A DNA stretch of 36,413 bases. Source: a virus. Taxonomy: Duplodnaviria > Caudoviricetes. Every line of letters starts with the position of its first letter. Position 1 is the first letter of the stretch. The stretch covers positions 1 to 36,413 of IMG/VR virus record IMGVR_UViG_3300032373_001203; one strand, 5' to 3'. The notes below the pieces were generated by a model. It searched no databases and had not been told where the DNA came from. It saw nothing but the letters and a program-made list of their open reading frames with translations. Positions 1 to 8,495 of this stretch are shown piece after piece. The translations under genes and the position numbers were made by a program.

Positions 1-1239
1 TCACTCCTTGGCACCGAGAAGTGCCTGATATTCTTCCAGCTTGGTAATGGCGGCTTGGGCCATGGGGTACGTTGTGACCGTGTAAGTTTCGATGATGGTA
101 TCGACGCTTTTTTCCGTGTGTCCTGTAATGGCAGCCACTTGACGTTTGGTGCATCCAGCTTCGTACAGGCGGATAACAGCCGTACGGCGCAGGTCGCGTC
201 GCTGCAATCCACGCGCACGTAACCCGCAAGCGTTTGACACGGCATCCCACCGCGACGCGAAATAACGCGCCTTGAAGGGCTGCCCATCGTGGGTACGCAA
301 GAGCGGGCCGTGTGCGATGTTTTGCTCGCGCAGCCTTTTTACCAGTGCGTCTAGGGTGGGCTTAAATTGTGTGTGAACAGGTATCCACACCCGTGCGCCA
401 GTTTTTTGCTGATAGACGTTGATTTTTTCCCCGTCGTAGTCGGCAAGCGTCATGTTCAACATATCGCCTGGGCGCTGCCCGGTGTACGTCAGTAGGGCAT
501 GAGCAAAAGCCATTGCGGGCTCCACCCGCCACTGCGGAATACGCCCCTCTCGCAGTTCCCAAAATCCACGTTGGGCGACCTCCGAGAACAGGGCTTCCTC
601 CTCATATGTCCAATATTGCCGTCTGGATTTAATACCTTCCTTTCTGCCAAACGCAGATACAGCACTACAGGGGTCCCATTTGAGGCCGAAAGTGACAGAG
701 TTTTTGCAGGCCACCTTAATCATGACCTTCACAACCGCAAGAATCTGGTTGGCCTTGTAGGGGGTGTCGATAAAGCTTTCATGCAATGCCGCCACGGCTT
801 CTGTGGTCAGGTCGCAAACCTGAAAATGCCCCCAACGCTTAAGGATGGTGTTGTCGATGTTGTTGCCATAGTCGTAGGCGGTTTTTTCCTTAAGGCGCGC
901 CCACTCACGAGATGGGCGGACATTCCGCGCTTCATTACCACGATAAACCTCTGCCAGATGGACAAAGGTGCCGGGCGGAGGTGGCACGCTCTTATCTTGG
1001 ATGTTTTTTATTTTGAGTTCAGATTCTTGATTGCGGGCATCCACAAAATTTTTAAATTGAGGCGAGAGAGGATCTTTATATGGGATGCGCATGCGCTCAA
1101 GCATGGGCGGCACGGAATAGTACAAAACGCGGTCGACCTTGCGCTTGTTGTGGCGGACAACACGCTTCACGTATTTGTGCTTAATGGTCACTTTCATGGG
1201 CCGACCCCTTTGCGGCATGAACCAACGCCGCTCTGTCAT
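1..1239 (-). CDS. int: Tyrosine recombinase / phage integrase
   Basis: Catalytic-type motifs TGQRPGD (R), QQKTG (K), RDLRRT (HxxR position), ITGHT and a C-terminal Tyr. The start could be 1218 or 1197. Confidence 0.93.
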   Translation of the reverse strand: MTERRWFMPQRGRPMKVTIKHKYVKRVVRHNKRKVDRVLYYSVPPMLERMRIPYKDPLSPQFKNFVDARNQESELKIKNIQDKSVPPPPGTFVHLAEVYRGNEARNVRPSREWARLKEKTAYDYGNNIDNTILKRWGHFQVCDLTTEAVAALHESFIDTPYKANQILAVVKVMIKVACKNSVTFGLKWDPCSAVSAFGRKEGIKSRRQYWTYEEEALFSEVAQRGFWELREGRIPQWRVEPAMAFAHALLTYTGQRPGDMLNMTLADYDGEKINVYQQKTGARVWIPVHTQFKPTLDALVKRLREQNIAHGPLLRTHDGQPFKARYFASRWDAVSNACGLRARGLQRRDLRRTAVIRLYEAGCTKRQVAAITGHTEKSVDTIIETYTVTTYPMAQAAITKLEEYQALLGAKE

Positions 1240-1510
1240 CGCGCTCGCAAAGCGTGGGAGGAACGGAAGGCGCGCACGAAATTAAACCACGCTTGCGCCT
1301 CAGCGCCAAATCGACCTCTTCGCGCGTCCAGCCCTGAAGGTCTTTATCTTTGTCCCTGAGTCCGTGCTCTTTGAGCTTCTCAATACGCCGCCTGAGCGTG
1401 GTCGTGCTGCGCGTCCCGCACCCCAAATATTCCTTGAGGACCGGAAGTGATAGCACGGCTGGCCAGTGACGCTTGGCATCCATGTTCGGGTTCTTTATCT
1501 CCGTGTCCAT
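1181..1510 (-). CDS. Probable excisionase / winged-helix DNA-binding protein
   Basis: Small basic protein overlapping the int 5' end; WPAVLS..LKEYLG...WTREEVDLAL pattern typical of Xis/AlpA-like proteins. Confidence 0.6.
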   Translation of the reverse strand: MDTEIKNPNMDAKRHWPAVLSLPVLKEYLGCGTRSTTTLRRRIEKLKEHGLRDKDKDLQGWTREEVDLALRRKRGLISCAPSVPPTLCERDDRAALVHAAKGSAHESDH

Positions 1511-1540
1511 TGCGAAATGGCGGGCGTTTTGCAATGGGTG

Positions 1541-1840
1541 TTAAGCGCCTGGTTCGTAAGTGTCGGGTTCGGACACCGCTTGCGGGCAAGCATGGGCGAG
1601 GGTTTGTTTGAGCACGAGCCATGTATCCGCGCCCCATTCATTGTCTTCGGGGTTGCAGGTGTGCTCTTCGATGATGCCCAGCGTCCTGAGTTTTTCTTCG
1701 ATGTCGAAGGAATCCGGCGCGTGAGTTTGTTTTATCTCGTCCCAAACCCACAGAGCGAAGTGGACGCATGCGTCCTTGTCGGTTTGGCTCAAGAGCGCGA
1801 TGGTGCTGCCAGCGCGGTTGGCGTTCGGTGTATCCGTCAT
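1541..1840 (-). CDS. Hypothetical phage protein
   Basis: ATG start overlapping the stop of the upstream gene; part of the leftward operon. Confidence 0.7.
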   Translation of the reverse strand: MTDTPNANRAGSTIALLSQTDKDACVHFALWVWDEIKQTHAPDSFDIEEKLRTLGIIEEHTCNPEDNEWGADTWLVLKQTLAHACPQAVSEPDTYEPGA

Positions 1841-2100
1841 GGCGTAAGTTCCTTGTCCGCGGTGTCGCTGGGAAGGGACGAGTGGCGGATGTCCGGCTCG
1901 CCATCGGTATCGACGGTGGCGTATAGGTCCGCGCCTTTCGGCAACGTGATTTGCACCATGGGCGGCGCGCCTTTTTCCGCCACGATAACGCAGCGTTCAA
2001 AGTCAACGGCACGGCCATCGATGGCGACGCCGCCAACGCCCTGTGCTGTAATCGACAGGCTGATACGTGGCGGTTGTGACGGTTTGGAATGGGTATTCAT
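1837..2100 (-). CDS. Hypothetical phage protein
   Basis: 4-nt ATGA overlaps on both sides. Confidence 0.7.
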   Translation of the reverse strand: MNTHSKPSQPPRISLSITAQGVGGVAIDGRAVDFERCVIVAEKGAPPMVQITLPKGADLYATVDTDGEPDIRHSSLPSDTADKELTP

Positions 2101-2408
2101 GGTCCGCTTCCTTCATCTTCATAAATAAAGTGCAGAGGTGGCGACGCGACGCCTGCCCGCAGCTCCCGTTTTGTAGCGTTAGGGAGTGATGCGCCAGGAG
2201 CGCGCGCGGGCGTCGCGATGGGAAACAGGGGCGCGTGAAGCGCGCCGATGCGGGCGGCTTCGGCCGCACAAGCGCAAAACAGCATGTCGATGTCGCCATC
2301 GTTGATGCGCCCGGCGTATTTGGTGCCGAGCGCGACGATGCGCGCCGCCAGAACGTTGCCGTCCATGCAGCGCGACAATGCGTAAAATACAGGGTCTTTC
2401 GTCGCCAC
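2097..2408 (-). CDS. Hypothetical phage protein
   Basis: Fills the gap between the clamp gene and the next ORF; 4-nt overlap at its 3' end. Confidence 0.6.
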   Translation of the reverse strand: MATKDPVFYALSRCMDGNVLAARIVALGTKYAGRINDGDIDMLFCACAAEAARIGALHAPLFPIATPARAPGASLPNATKRELRAGVASPPLHFIYEDEGSGP

Positions 2409-2412
2409 AATC

Positions 2413-3540
2413 TCACCCCGCCATACGCATGATAAATTTGTCCACGTCGGGGCACGTGTCTGCGAGCACCGTTATGGGTTTGTTCGTGTCGGAATCGACA
2501 TAGAGGGTGACGGTGTCGGCGTTGATGCGCTCAAGCCATCCTAAAAATTGCACTTGCTTGATGGAGGCCGCTGGCGGTTTGCCTAACACTTCTGCGGGGA
2601 TGTCGTCCCTATATTCGTCGCCACCTTCGCCCGCGGCGCACAGGAAAATGCCGCTTTCGGTGTGCGATAAGGTGACGATGGGATGCAGCTTGTCCAAAAC
2701 CACACCGGCGCGCTTGAGCGCATCGCGCAAAACCGTTGCGTTCACTCGGTAGCCGGTGTCGGTGTCCGCGCGCGGTAGGCTTTCGTAGGCTGGAAAGCGC
2801 GCATCGATGAGCTTTGAGACCATCGCGCGCGATCCGCACTCCATACGGACGAGACGGTCGCTGGTGAACAGGCGGGCGGCTCCATCCCAACCGTCCAAAA
2901 CGCTGAGCATTGCGGGGATGGAGGCGTCAGGCAACAGCACGCCGGGAAATCCTCCATTGATGTTGGGCAGGGCGACATCGTCCGCGGCACCCAAGGCAAT
3001 ATCGACCAACTGGTAAAAATCCTGCGCGACGATGCGCAGCACGCCGTCGCGGACATGAAAAAACTCACCGGCGGAATGCACCCGCTCGCCGTGCTTGCTT
3101 TTGTACATGTCGCCTTGGGCGAGACGCATGGCGTCGTGCAACGACTTGGCGGACACCTCCCAAGGCTCCACCTCGACCTCGCGAATGAGGGGAAACTCGG
3201 TATCGGGCAGCACTCGCAACTTGAACGAAGAGCGCCCTGCGCGCACGGCGGCGACCGGCGCGCCGCTTGTGTGCTCGACCTCAATCAGCGCGCCTTCGGG
3301 GCTGCCCAAAACCGCGTTTTGCAGTTGGGCATGATTAACGAGTGCGGTTCCGTCTTCACCGTCGTGCATTTCGAGGCTTTGAGTACACCATATGTCCATG
3401 TTGGTGCACGTAACGTCCAAGACGCCTGCGCGGACAACGAGGCACACCTGCTCCAATACCGCCAAAGTGGATTTGGCGCGGGCCTTGCCCACATAGGCCA
3501 GCGCGGACGCCAGCGCAGCGCGTTCTATTACAATTTTCAT
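2413..3540 (-). CDS. dnaN: DNA polymerase III beta sliding clamp homolog
   Basis: 375 aa from MKIVIERAAL; motifs TNMDI, GRSSFKLRVLPDTEFP and SKLIDARFPAY are characteristic of DnaN; ATG overlaps the upstream stop. Confidence 0.9.
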   Translation of the reverse strand: MKIVIERAALASALAYVGKARAKSTLAVLEQVCLVVRAGVLDVTCTNMDIWCTQSLEMHDGEDGTALVNHAQLQNAVLGSPEGALIEVEHTSGAPVAAVRAGRSSFKLRVLPDTEFPLIREVEVEPWEVSAKSLHDAMRLAQGDMYKSKHGERVHSAGEFFHVRDGVLRIVAQDFYQLVDIALGAADDVALPNINGGFPGVLLPDASIPAMLSVLDGWDGAARLFTSDRLVRMECGSRAMVSKLIDARFPAYESLPRADTDTGYRVNATVLRDALKRAGVVLDKLHPIVTLSHTESGIFLCAAGEGGDEYRDDIPAEVLGKPPAASIKQVQFLGWLERINADTVTLYVDSDTNKPITVLADTCPDVDKFIMRMAG

Positions 3541-3995
3541 AAGCCCCTGTCCTTTTGCTTCACCATCTTCGCCACGTATTCGCGCACATCGTGCAACCAG
3601 TTTTGGTTCGCACCGGGCCAGTAGAGTTCGACGCCCCAGTCTTCGTCTTCCGAGGTGTCGCCGCACGTCGAGCCCTGAAACGCCCAAAGGTCGGGGTTCT
3701 CAAACAGGGCGAGCATTTTGTTTCTTGCGCGGGGCGTGAGGTTCGCCAGCTCCTGGGCGGCGGGCATGGGAGGGAGGTTTTCCAGCCACTCGGCCCAATC
3801 GCGGGCCCTTTCTTCGCCATGCTCAAAGATGTCGGGCTTGTCGCGGTTCAATCCCCACAACGGGTCGTGATGTTCGCGCACGCATGCACCCAAGCGCCCA
3901 AACGGCATGTCGGCAAAGGCTTGCAGCTCTTCGGTCGTGTAAGGACCACCCGTGTCGGGGTAGGACAACTCCATCTGAGAGGGGAGACGGCTCAT
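3537..3995 (-). CDS. Hypothetical phage protein (152 aa)
   Basis: Coupled ATGA overlaps on both sides; globular composition. Confidence 0.75.
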   Translation of the reverse strand: MSRLPSQMELSYPDTGGPYTTEELQAFADMPFGRLGACVREHHDPLWGLNRDKPDIFEHGEERARDWAEWLENLPPMPAAQELANLTPRARNKMLALFENPDLWAFQGSTCGDTSEDEDWGVELYWPGANQNWLHDVREYVAKMVKQKDRGL

Positions 3996-4162
3996 ATCAG
4001 ATTTTCCAGCACCTTAAACAGCCACGCCGAACGGATGAGCGCCAGGGTTGTAAGCGCGCTGTATAAAATGAAAACCAGCGCCGCAATATCGAACATGTCG
4101 TCCATGCGCTTGACAGGGTCTTTGGCGGTGATGGGCGCGCCGCCTTCGGTGAGAGATTTCAC
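3992..4162 (-). CDS. Small membrane protein (56 aa, not in the ORF track)
   Basis: Translated by hand: GTG start, MKSLTEGGAPITAKDPVKRMDDMFDIAALVFILYSALTTLALIRSAWLFKVLENLI; GTGA and ATGA overlaps with both neighbours. Confidence 0.65.
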   Translation of the reverse strand: MKSLTEGGAPITAKDPVKRMDDMFDIAALVFILYSALTTLALIRSAWLFKVLENLI

Positions 4163-4347
4163 AACACACCCCCAAACCGATAGCCGCCCAAGGCAAGCAG
4201 ACCTGCAAGGGTCAGCACGACGAGGGTGCAGCCCAGCGTGATATCGAGCACGGCTTTATTGCGCTTACGGCGACGCCGTGACGTGCCGGGTTCGATGAGA
4301 GGCAAGCGCGCCGTGGGTGTATGGGTGGGGTTCAAATCGGGTTTCAT
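4159..4347 (-). CDS. Small membrane protein (62 aa)
   Basis: MKPDLNP..., basic RRRRKRNK patch followed by a hydrophobic helix; purine-rich RBS upstream. Confidence 0.65.
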   Translation of the reverse strand: MKPDLNPTHTPTARLPLIEPGTSRRRRKRNKAVLDITLGCTLVVLTLAGLLALGGYRFGGVL

Positions 4348-4357
4348 GACGCTTCCC

Positions 4358-4600
4358 TCACATGCCCAGCGCGCGCTTGTAGACGTCGAGAATGTCTTCG
4401 AGTTCTTGGCGCTCCGACACATCCATTTTGCGCAGACCGACAATGGTGCGGAGGATTTTGACGTCGAAGCCGGTGCCCTTGGCTTCGGCATAAACTTCGC
4501 GAATGTCCGCCGCCAACGCGGCCTTTTCTTCTTCCAATCGCTCGATGCGTTCGACGAAAGAGCGCAAGCGGTCGCCGCCAATCCCTCCAACGTCAGTCAT
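4358..4600 (-). CDS. gapR: GapR-like nucleoid-associated protein (DUF2312)
   Basis: [42 protein letters not shown]...[10 protein letters not shown] matches the GapR family signature. Confidence 0.95.
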   Translation of the reverse strand: MTDVGGIGGDRLRSFVERIERLEEEKAALAADIREVYAEAKGTGFDVKILRTIVGLRKMDVSERQELEDILDVYKRALGM

Positions 4601-4820
4601 AGCGCGCACCGTTGCGATTTTCGTGAACCAGTGCCCTTTGTGCGCTGTCGAGGCGTTTCACGGCCTCTCCAAAGGTCGAATACAGTGGCGTCAGGTCGTC
4701 GTCGTGGTCGGTCGCCAGTGCGACGCACAGAAATTCGGAAGTGCTGAGCGAATTCGTCACGGCGTCGAAATCGCCGCCGCTCAAGATGGCGTCAATGGCG
4801 TCTTGCTCTCGTTCGTTCAT
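4593..4820 (-). CDS. Hypothetical protein, first gene of the leftward early operon
   Basis: ATG with AAGGGA RBS; overlaps the gapR start. Confidence 0.7.
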   Translation of the reverse strand: MNEREQDAIDAILSGGDFDAVTNSLSTSEFLCVALATDHDDDLTPLYSTFGEAVKRLDSAQRALVHENRNGARYD

Positions 4821-4973
4821 GGTGAATATTCCCTTGTCCGTGGTGTTTGTCCGTAGCGTGCGTCCGGGAGGGGTGGCGGCCCGTCAGAACGACAGAAACC
4901 GCCACCGGCACCGGCAAGCAACACGCGAAAGCCACCGGCGCACCCCATGGGGAACCCCACGGACAAACTCAAC

Positions 4974-5024
4974 ATCACAGAAAAATGTGATACAGTCCAG
5001 TTGCAAATCACAGAAAAATGTGAA
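4974..5024. promoter_or_regulatory. Left operator pair (PL-like): ATCACAGAAAAATGTGAT and ATCACAGAAAAATGTGAA
   Basis: Two near-identical 18-bp dyads (ATCACA-N6-TGTGAT) at 4974-4991 and 5007-5024, upstream of the leftward operon; the same motif occurs between the repressor and cro. Confidence 0.85.
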
Positions 5025-5141
5025 TTGTGTGCGCGCCTTTGTGGAAGAGCTGGGGAAAACTACCCTTTTTGTTGATTTTTCTAGGGCGTGAGGCTTCAAT
5101 GAGGATGTTCCTCTGCAAAAGCACGAATCGGAGCCCGTGCC

Positions 5142-5492
5142 ATGAAGCTCATCTTTTCGAACATGATTAACCGTCCCCTGTTGCGACTTTGCGCTTGGGC
5201 CACGGCTATGCCCGTTTTGATTTTGGCGGTTGTGATATTTGCGGGGGACGCGGAGGCCGCGGTTCGCTTGCGCGCATGTCATGGCGGCAGCTGCTCAGTA
5301 ACGTGGCTGGGCTGGCTGAGCTTGGCGCTGGGCGGGGTTTGCGTCGCAGGTGGCTTCTTCGACCCCATTACCCGCTTTATCGGGGAAGAGGGTGAACAGC
5401 ACGCGGTGGGCAGTGCGCTCAACAAAACCCGCATATGGTCGTTGGCGGCGGGTGTGATGTTGATGGGCTTCGCGGGTTACGCTTTGCTGTAA
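5142..5492 (+). CDS. Membrane protein (about 3 hydrophobic segments), cargo gene
   Basis: GGAG RBS, ATG start, hydrophobic helices; convergent with the nuclease gene. Confidence 0.7.
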   Translation: MKLIFSNMINRPLLRLCAWATAMPVLILAVVIFAGDAEAAVRLRACHGGSCSVTWLGWLSLALGGVCVAGGFFDPITRFIGEEGEQHAVGSALNKTRIWSLAAGVMLMGFAGYALL

Positions 5493-5514
5493 TTTCTCGT
5501 CTGCGGGGGGGAGG

Positions 5515-6297
5515 CTATAGGCTATTGCTCCATGCCATGAACTGCCCTAAATCCATGACATCGATGCGTTTGCCGTCCGGCGCATGTGCAGCTGCGCGGC
5601 GCAACCATGCGACCGCACCGGGACGCCAGCCGGGGCCGTCAATGACGATAACGACACGCTGTTCTGGAATGGCGGCGGAGGTGGCGGCATTGACGAACAA
5701 ATAGGGCAGCTTTTCGTCGGTCGAGCCTCGCGATTGCTGCCATTTGGCTTCGATACGAATATCGGCGGACAGGCGTGGGGATTTCAGCACGAACTCGGTC
5801 CGTCCCTTGCCCCCGTAAATGGTGGTGTAGGGGGCATCCAGAAGCAACAGGTGCTCTGGGTGTGCTGCGGGGTCTTTGGCCCAGTCGCGATGACGTACGG
5901 GGGAAAACCCCCGCGCGCTCAATGTTGTCTCGATGATGCGTTCCAAGGATTGACCGTGGAGGGCGGCGTTTGCCTTGTTCGGCGGTATGGCGGTGGGAGC
6001 AGGACGAACCTTCGGGGTTACCCCGGCGGCCAGGGCCCCACTCAGTGCGGGACGATTGTCGAAGTCGGATCCGCGTGTGGGTAAATTGGGTGCGGTGGCG
6101 TATCCCGCCCAAAATGCCCCCAGCAATACGCCGACCATGACACTCCATCGCAGTCCGCGATGCGCCAGGATGCGCTTTATCGGATGCGGTTTGAGCGCAT
6201 CGGCAAAGATTTGGCGCACTTCGTCTTCGATGTTTTCGTTGGACGGCCTGGTTTTGGCATCTTGGCCATAATGAGAGGTCCCACCCTTGTGTTGCAT
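5515..6297 (-). CDS. PD-(D/E)XK restriction-endonuclease-like protein with an N-terminal transmembrane helix
   Basis: C-terminal domain GQSLERII...GRTEFVL...IRIEAKWQQSRGSTDEKLPY...VIVIDGPGW; TM WSVMVGVLLGAFWAGYAT followed by a Pro/Ala-rich linker. Confidence 0.8.
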   Translation of the reverse strand: MQHKGGTSHYGQDAKTRPSNENIEDEVRQIFADALKPHPIKRILAHRGLRWSVMVGVLLGAFWAGYATAPNLPTRGSDFDNRPALSGALAAGVTPKVRPAPTAIPPNKANAALHGQSLERIIETTLSARGFSPVRHRDWAKDPAAHPEHLLLLDAPYTTIYGGKGRTEFVLKSPRLSADIRIEAKWQQSRGSTDEKLPYLFVNAATSAAIPEQRVVIVIDGPGWRPGAVAWLRRAAAHAPDGKRIDVMDLGQFMAWSNSL

Positions 6298-6336
6298 GAT
6301 TTGTACCCCTATACAGTCATAGTTGAATACAGGAAC

Positions 6337-7164
6337 ATGCGGACGATTTCAAACATGACAGACCCCTTTTTACGTTGGCCGGGCGGGAAGCGCCGCCTGT
6401 TGGGCGAACTGCGTCAGCATATGCCGGAAACCTACAAGGGTTACTTCGAGCCGTTCATCGGCGGTGGTGCGCTGTTTTTGGCGGAACGCCCGGACTACGG
6501 CTACATAGGCGACGCCAACCCCGAACTCGCCAACGTCTACAATGTGGTCAAGCACAAGCCCACTCAACTCATTGCGGAACTGGCCCTCCACCGCAACACG
6601 GCGAAAGACTATTACAAAGTGCGCCAAGCGGACCGGGACGCGGATTTCACCGGGTGGTCTGACGTGCGCCGTGCGGCGCGGTTCGTGTTTCTCAACCGCA
6701 CATGCTTCAATGGCTTGTGCAGGATGAATGCCAAAGGGCAGCTCAATATGGCTTACGGGCGGCTGAAAAACCCGGACATCACCCAGGCGCGCGCCATCTG
6801 GGCGGCGCACGCGACGTTGCGCCGGGTGCGTATCGCGCATGCGTCTTTCGATGAGGTGTTGAAGTTGGCTCGTCCTGGCGACTTCGTTTATTTTGACCCG
6901 CCCTATGTTCCGTTGAGCCCTACGGCCAACTTTACCGACTACGCCGCCGGCGGCTTCGGCGCGGATAAACACCGCGAGTTGTGGCAGTTGTGCGTCAAAT
7001 TGCACCGCCGCGGCATCAAGTGGATGGTGTCGAATTCTCGCACGCCCCAGGTGCTCGATTTGTGGCGGGCGTTCACCACCCACGAAATCGATGCCCGGCG
7101 CACCATCGCAGCGGGCCCCAAGGGGCGCGGGCGCGTTAAAGAGGTTTTGGTGACGAATTACTGA
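6337..7164 (+). CDS. dam: Dam/DpnM-family (D12 class) DNA adenine methyltransferase
   Basis: PFLRWPGGK, YFEPFIGGGALF, LNRTCFNGLCRMN, FVYFDPPY, MVSNS, KEVLVTNY; alternative start at 6355. Confidence 0.93.
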   Translation: MRTISNMTDPFLRWPGGKRRLLGELRQHMPETYKGYFEPFIGGGALFLAERPDYGYIGDANPELANVYNVVKHKPTQLIAELALHRNTAKDYYKVRQADRDADFTGWSDVRRAARFVFLNRTCFNGLCRMNAKGQLNMAYGRLKNPDITQARAIWAAHATLRRVRIAHASFDEVLKLARPGDFVYFDPPYVPLSPTANFTDYAAGGFGADKHRELWQLCVKLHRRGIKWMVSNSRTPQVLDLWRAFTTHEIDARRTIAAGPKGRGRVKEVLVTNY

Positions 7165-7585
7165 CGGCCATATCCAGCATCATACTGGCCGTGGCTTTGT
7201 CGAAAGGTGTATTGCGCTTGCTGAACTGTTCGTAAAGTACGAGGGCCAAATTGGCGGTGCTCTCAGGCGGCAACACAATGGCGTGCTCATCCATAAAGTG
7301 TAGCGTCGCTGCAATACAATCGCGCATCAAATAGCGCGCATGTTTGACTTTTTCGCCGGTTAGAAGATATTCGCTCGTGGTGCCGAGAAGCTTTGCCGCG
7401 CGGGATATTTCGCGAGTCGGAAGCAGCGAGCGGTTTTCGTACTTGGCGTAAATGCCAATCGGCATACCCAGCTTATCGGCCATGTCTTGTTGCGAAAGCT
7501 TTGCCGCCTTGCGCGCCGTTTGGAGGCGCTCTCTAAACTCGCACCGATATTGTTCGGCTACTTGGGGCGGTTTGTCGGGCATCAT
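7136..7585 (-). CDS. XRE-family HTH repressor (second)
   Basis: RLQTARKAAKLSQQDMADKLGM...YAKYEN...LGTTSEYLLTGE is a classic HTH_3; no S24 peptidase domain. Confidence 0.9.
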   Translation of the reverse strand: MMPDKPPQVAEQYRCEFRERLQTARKAAKLSQQDMADKLGMPIGIYAKYENRSLLPTREISRAAKLLGTTSEYLLTGEKVKHARYLMRDCIAATLHFMDEHAIVLPPESTANLALVLYEQFSKRNTPFDKATASMMLDMAVSNSSPKPL

Positions 7586-7587
7586 CG

Positions 7588-8073
7588 CTACGTATTGTCA
7601 ACCGCAAGCTGGATGTAGTCGGTTACGGTTTGCTCGTCTGCGGTGGTTTCGCCCGCACGGCTGAACCGCTTGTAGAGCAGGGCAACGGCACGGGCCTTTT
7701 TATCGTTGGGCAGGGTTCTGTTGCTGCTTTTCAGCGCGGTGTCCACAGATGACATGATGGATGCCAGCAAGTCACTGTCGATGGGGCCTGCATCCATGAG
7801 GCTGCCCGCACCCGGGGGGATTTCACCCAACAATTCACCGATGGGGCGCTCTATGGCGCGGGCGAGACTTTCCAGCACTGGAACGGATAGAGAATCCGCA
7901 TCACCGTTCAGAAAACCATAGAGCTGATTTGGCGTGCTGAGCCCCGCCTTGCGCGCCCAAGACGCGGCTTGCAGACTGTAATGGGTCATAAACGCGCGTA
8001 GCGCGGCACGGCGCGCATCGGCGCGGGCCTTGGGTACGTGCTCATGGGTGGTTGATGCTGCCGTTTCGCTCAT
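7588..8073 (-). CDS. HTH repressor (CI-like, first)
   Basis: AASWARKAGLSTPNQLYGFLNGDADSLSVPVLESLARA HTH; divergent from the cro-like gene. Confidence 0.85.
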   Translation of the reverse strand: MSETAASTTHEHVPKARADARRAALRAFMTHYSLQAASWARKAGLSTPNQLYGFLNGDADSLSVPVLESLARAIERPIGELLGEIPPGAGSLMDAGPIDSDLLASIMSSVDTALKSSNRTLPNDKKARAVALLYKRFSRAGETTADEQTVTDYIQLAVDNT

Positions 8074-8107
8074 ATCCCCAAGTTGCCCCAAACCTTTTCC
8101 ACACGCG

Positions 8108-8157
8108 ATAACATAAATCTGTTATTTGCCGTATTGACCATCACATTTTAATGTGAT
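8108..8157. promoter_or_regulatory. Right operator pair / PR-PRM switch: ATAACATAAATCTGTTAT and ATCACATTTTAATGTGAT, with TTGACC -35 box
   Basis: Dyads at 8108-8125 and 8140-8157 between the divergent HTH genes; TTGACC at 8134-8139. Confidence 0.85.
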
Positions 8158-8167
8158 GTTTTGAGGC

Positions 8168-8419
8168 ATGGATACAAACGCCACACCGCATAGCGTTGAC
8201 GACGTCATTGCACGCATCCGCGCGTACAAGCTGCACACAGGCCGGCGCAGAAGCGTTCTCGCCTTGGATGCGGGCCTATCCGTTAATGCGCTACGCGACA
8301 TGGACGACCCGGAGTGGAGCCCCACAGCCGACACCTTGCGCCAATTGGAGAAAATCGTTCCCAAAGGCTTCACGGTGGCGGGTGCGGCGGGCCGGAGCGC
8401 GCTTATCGCGACGCCCTAA
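8168..8419 (+). CDS. Cro-like HTH protein
   Basis: SVLALDAGLSVNALRDMDDPEWSPTADTLRQLE; small protein divergent from the repressor. Confidence 0.8.
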   Translation: MDTNATPHSVDDVIARIRAYKLHTGRRRSVLALDAGLSVNALRDMDDPEWSPTADTLRQLEKIVPKGFTVAGAAGRSALIATP

Positions 8420-8495
8420 TCGTGCCCGCTTTGGCGGCCTCGTTCCATTGCGAAAGGAAAGCCCGCGCGCAACGCGTGCGGCTGAGTGAGACGCC

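Noticed and set aside
186-200. Integrase inactivation by H-to-R change in HxxR (RDLRR)
   Set aside because: The first His is known to vary among active tyrosine recombinases, and the other catalytic positions and the ORF are intact.
3541-3687. N-terminal extensions in the ORF track (clamp from 3687, dam from 6160, terS from 14426, tail B from 21931, holin from 31487)
   Set aside because: They overlap other genes; recognisable domains and RBSs begin at downstream ATGs.
4880-4960. GCCACCGGC repeats as an antitermination element in the leftward leader
   Set aside because: Short GC-rich repeats in GC-rich DNA; no recognisable boxA/boxB and no N-like gene to support it.
4975-5023. CRP/FNR-type site
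   Set aside because: Half-sites are TCACA-N6-TGTGA, the reverse order of the CRP consensus, and the motif recurs at the repressor/cro junction.
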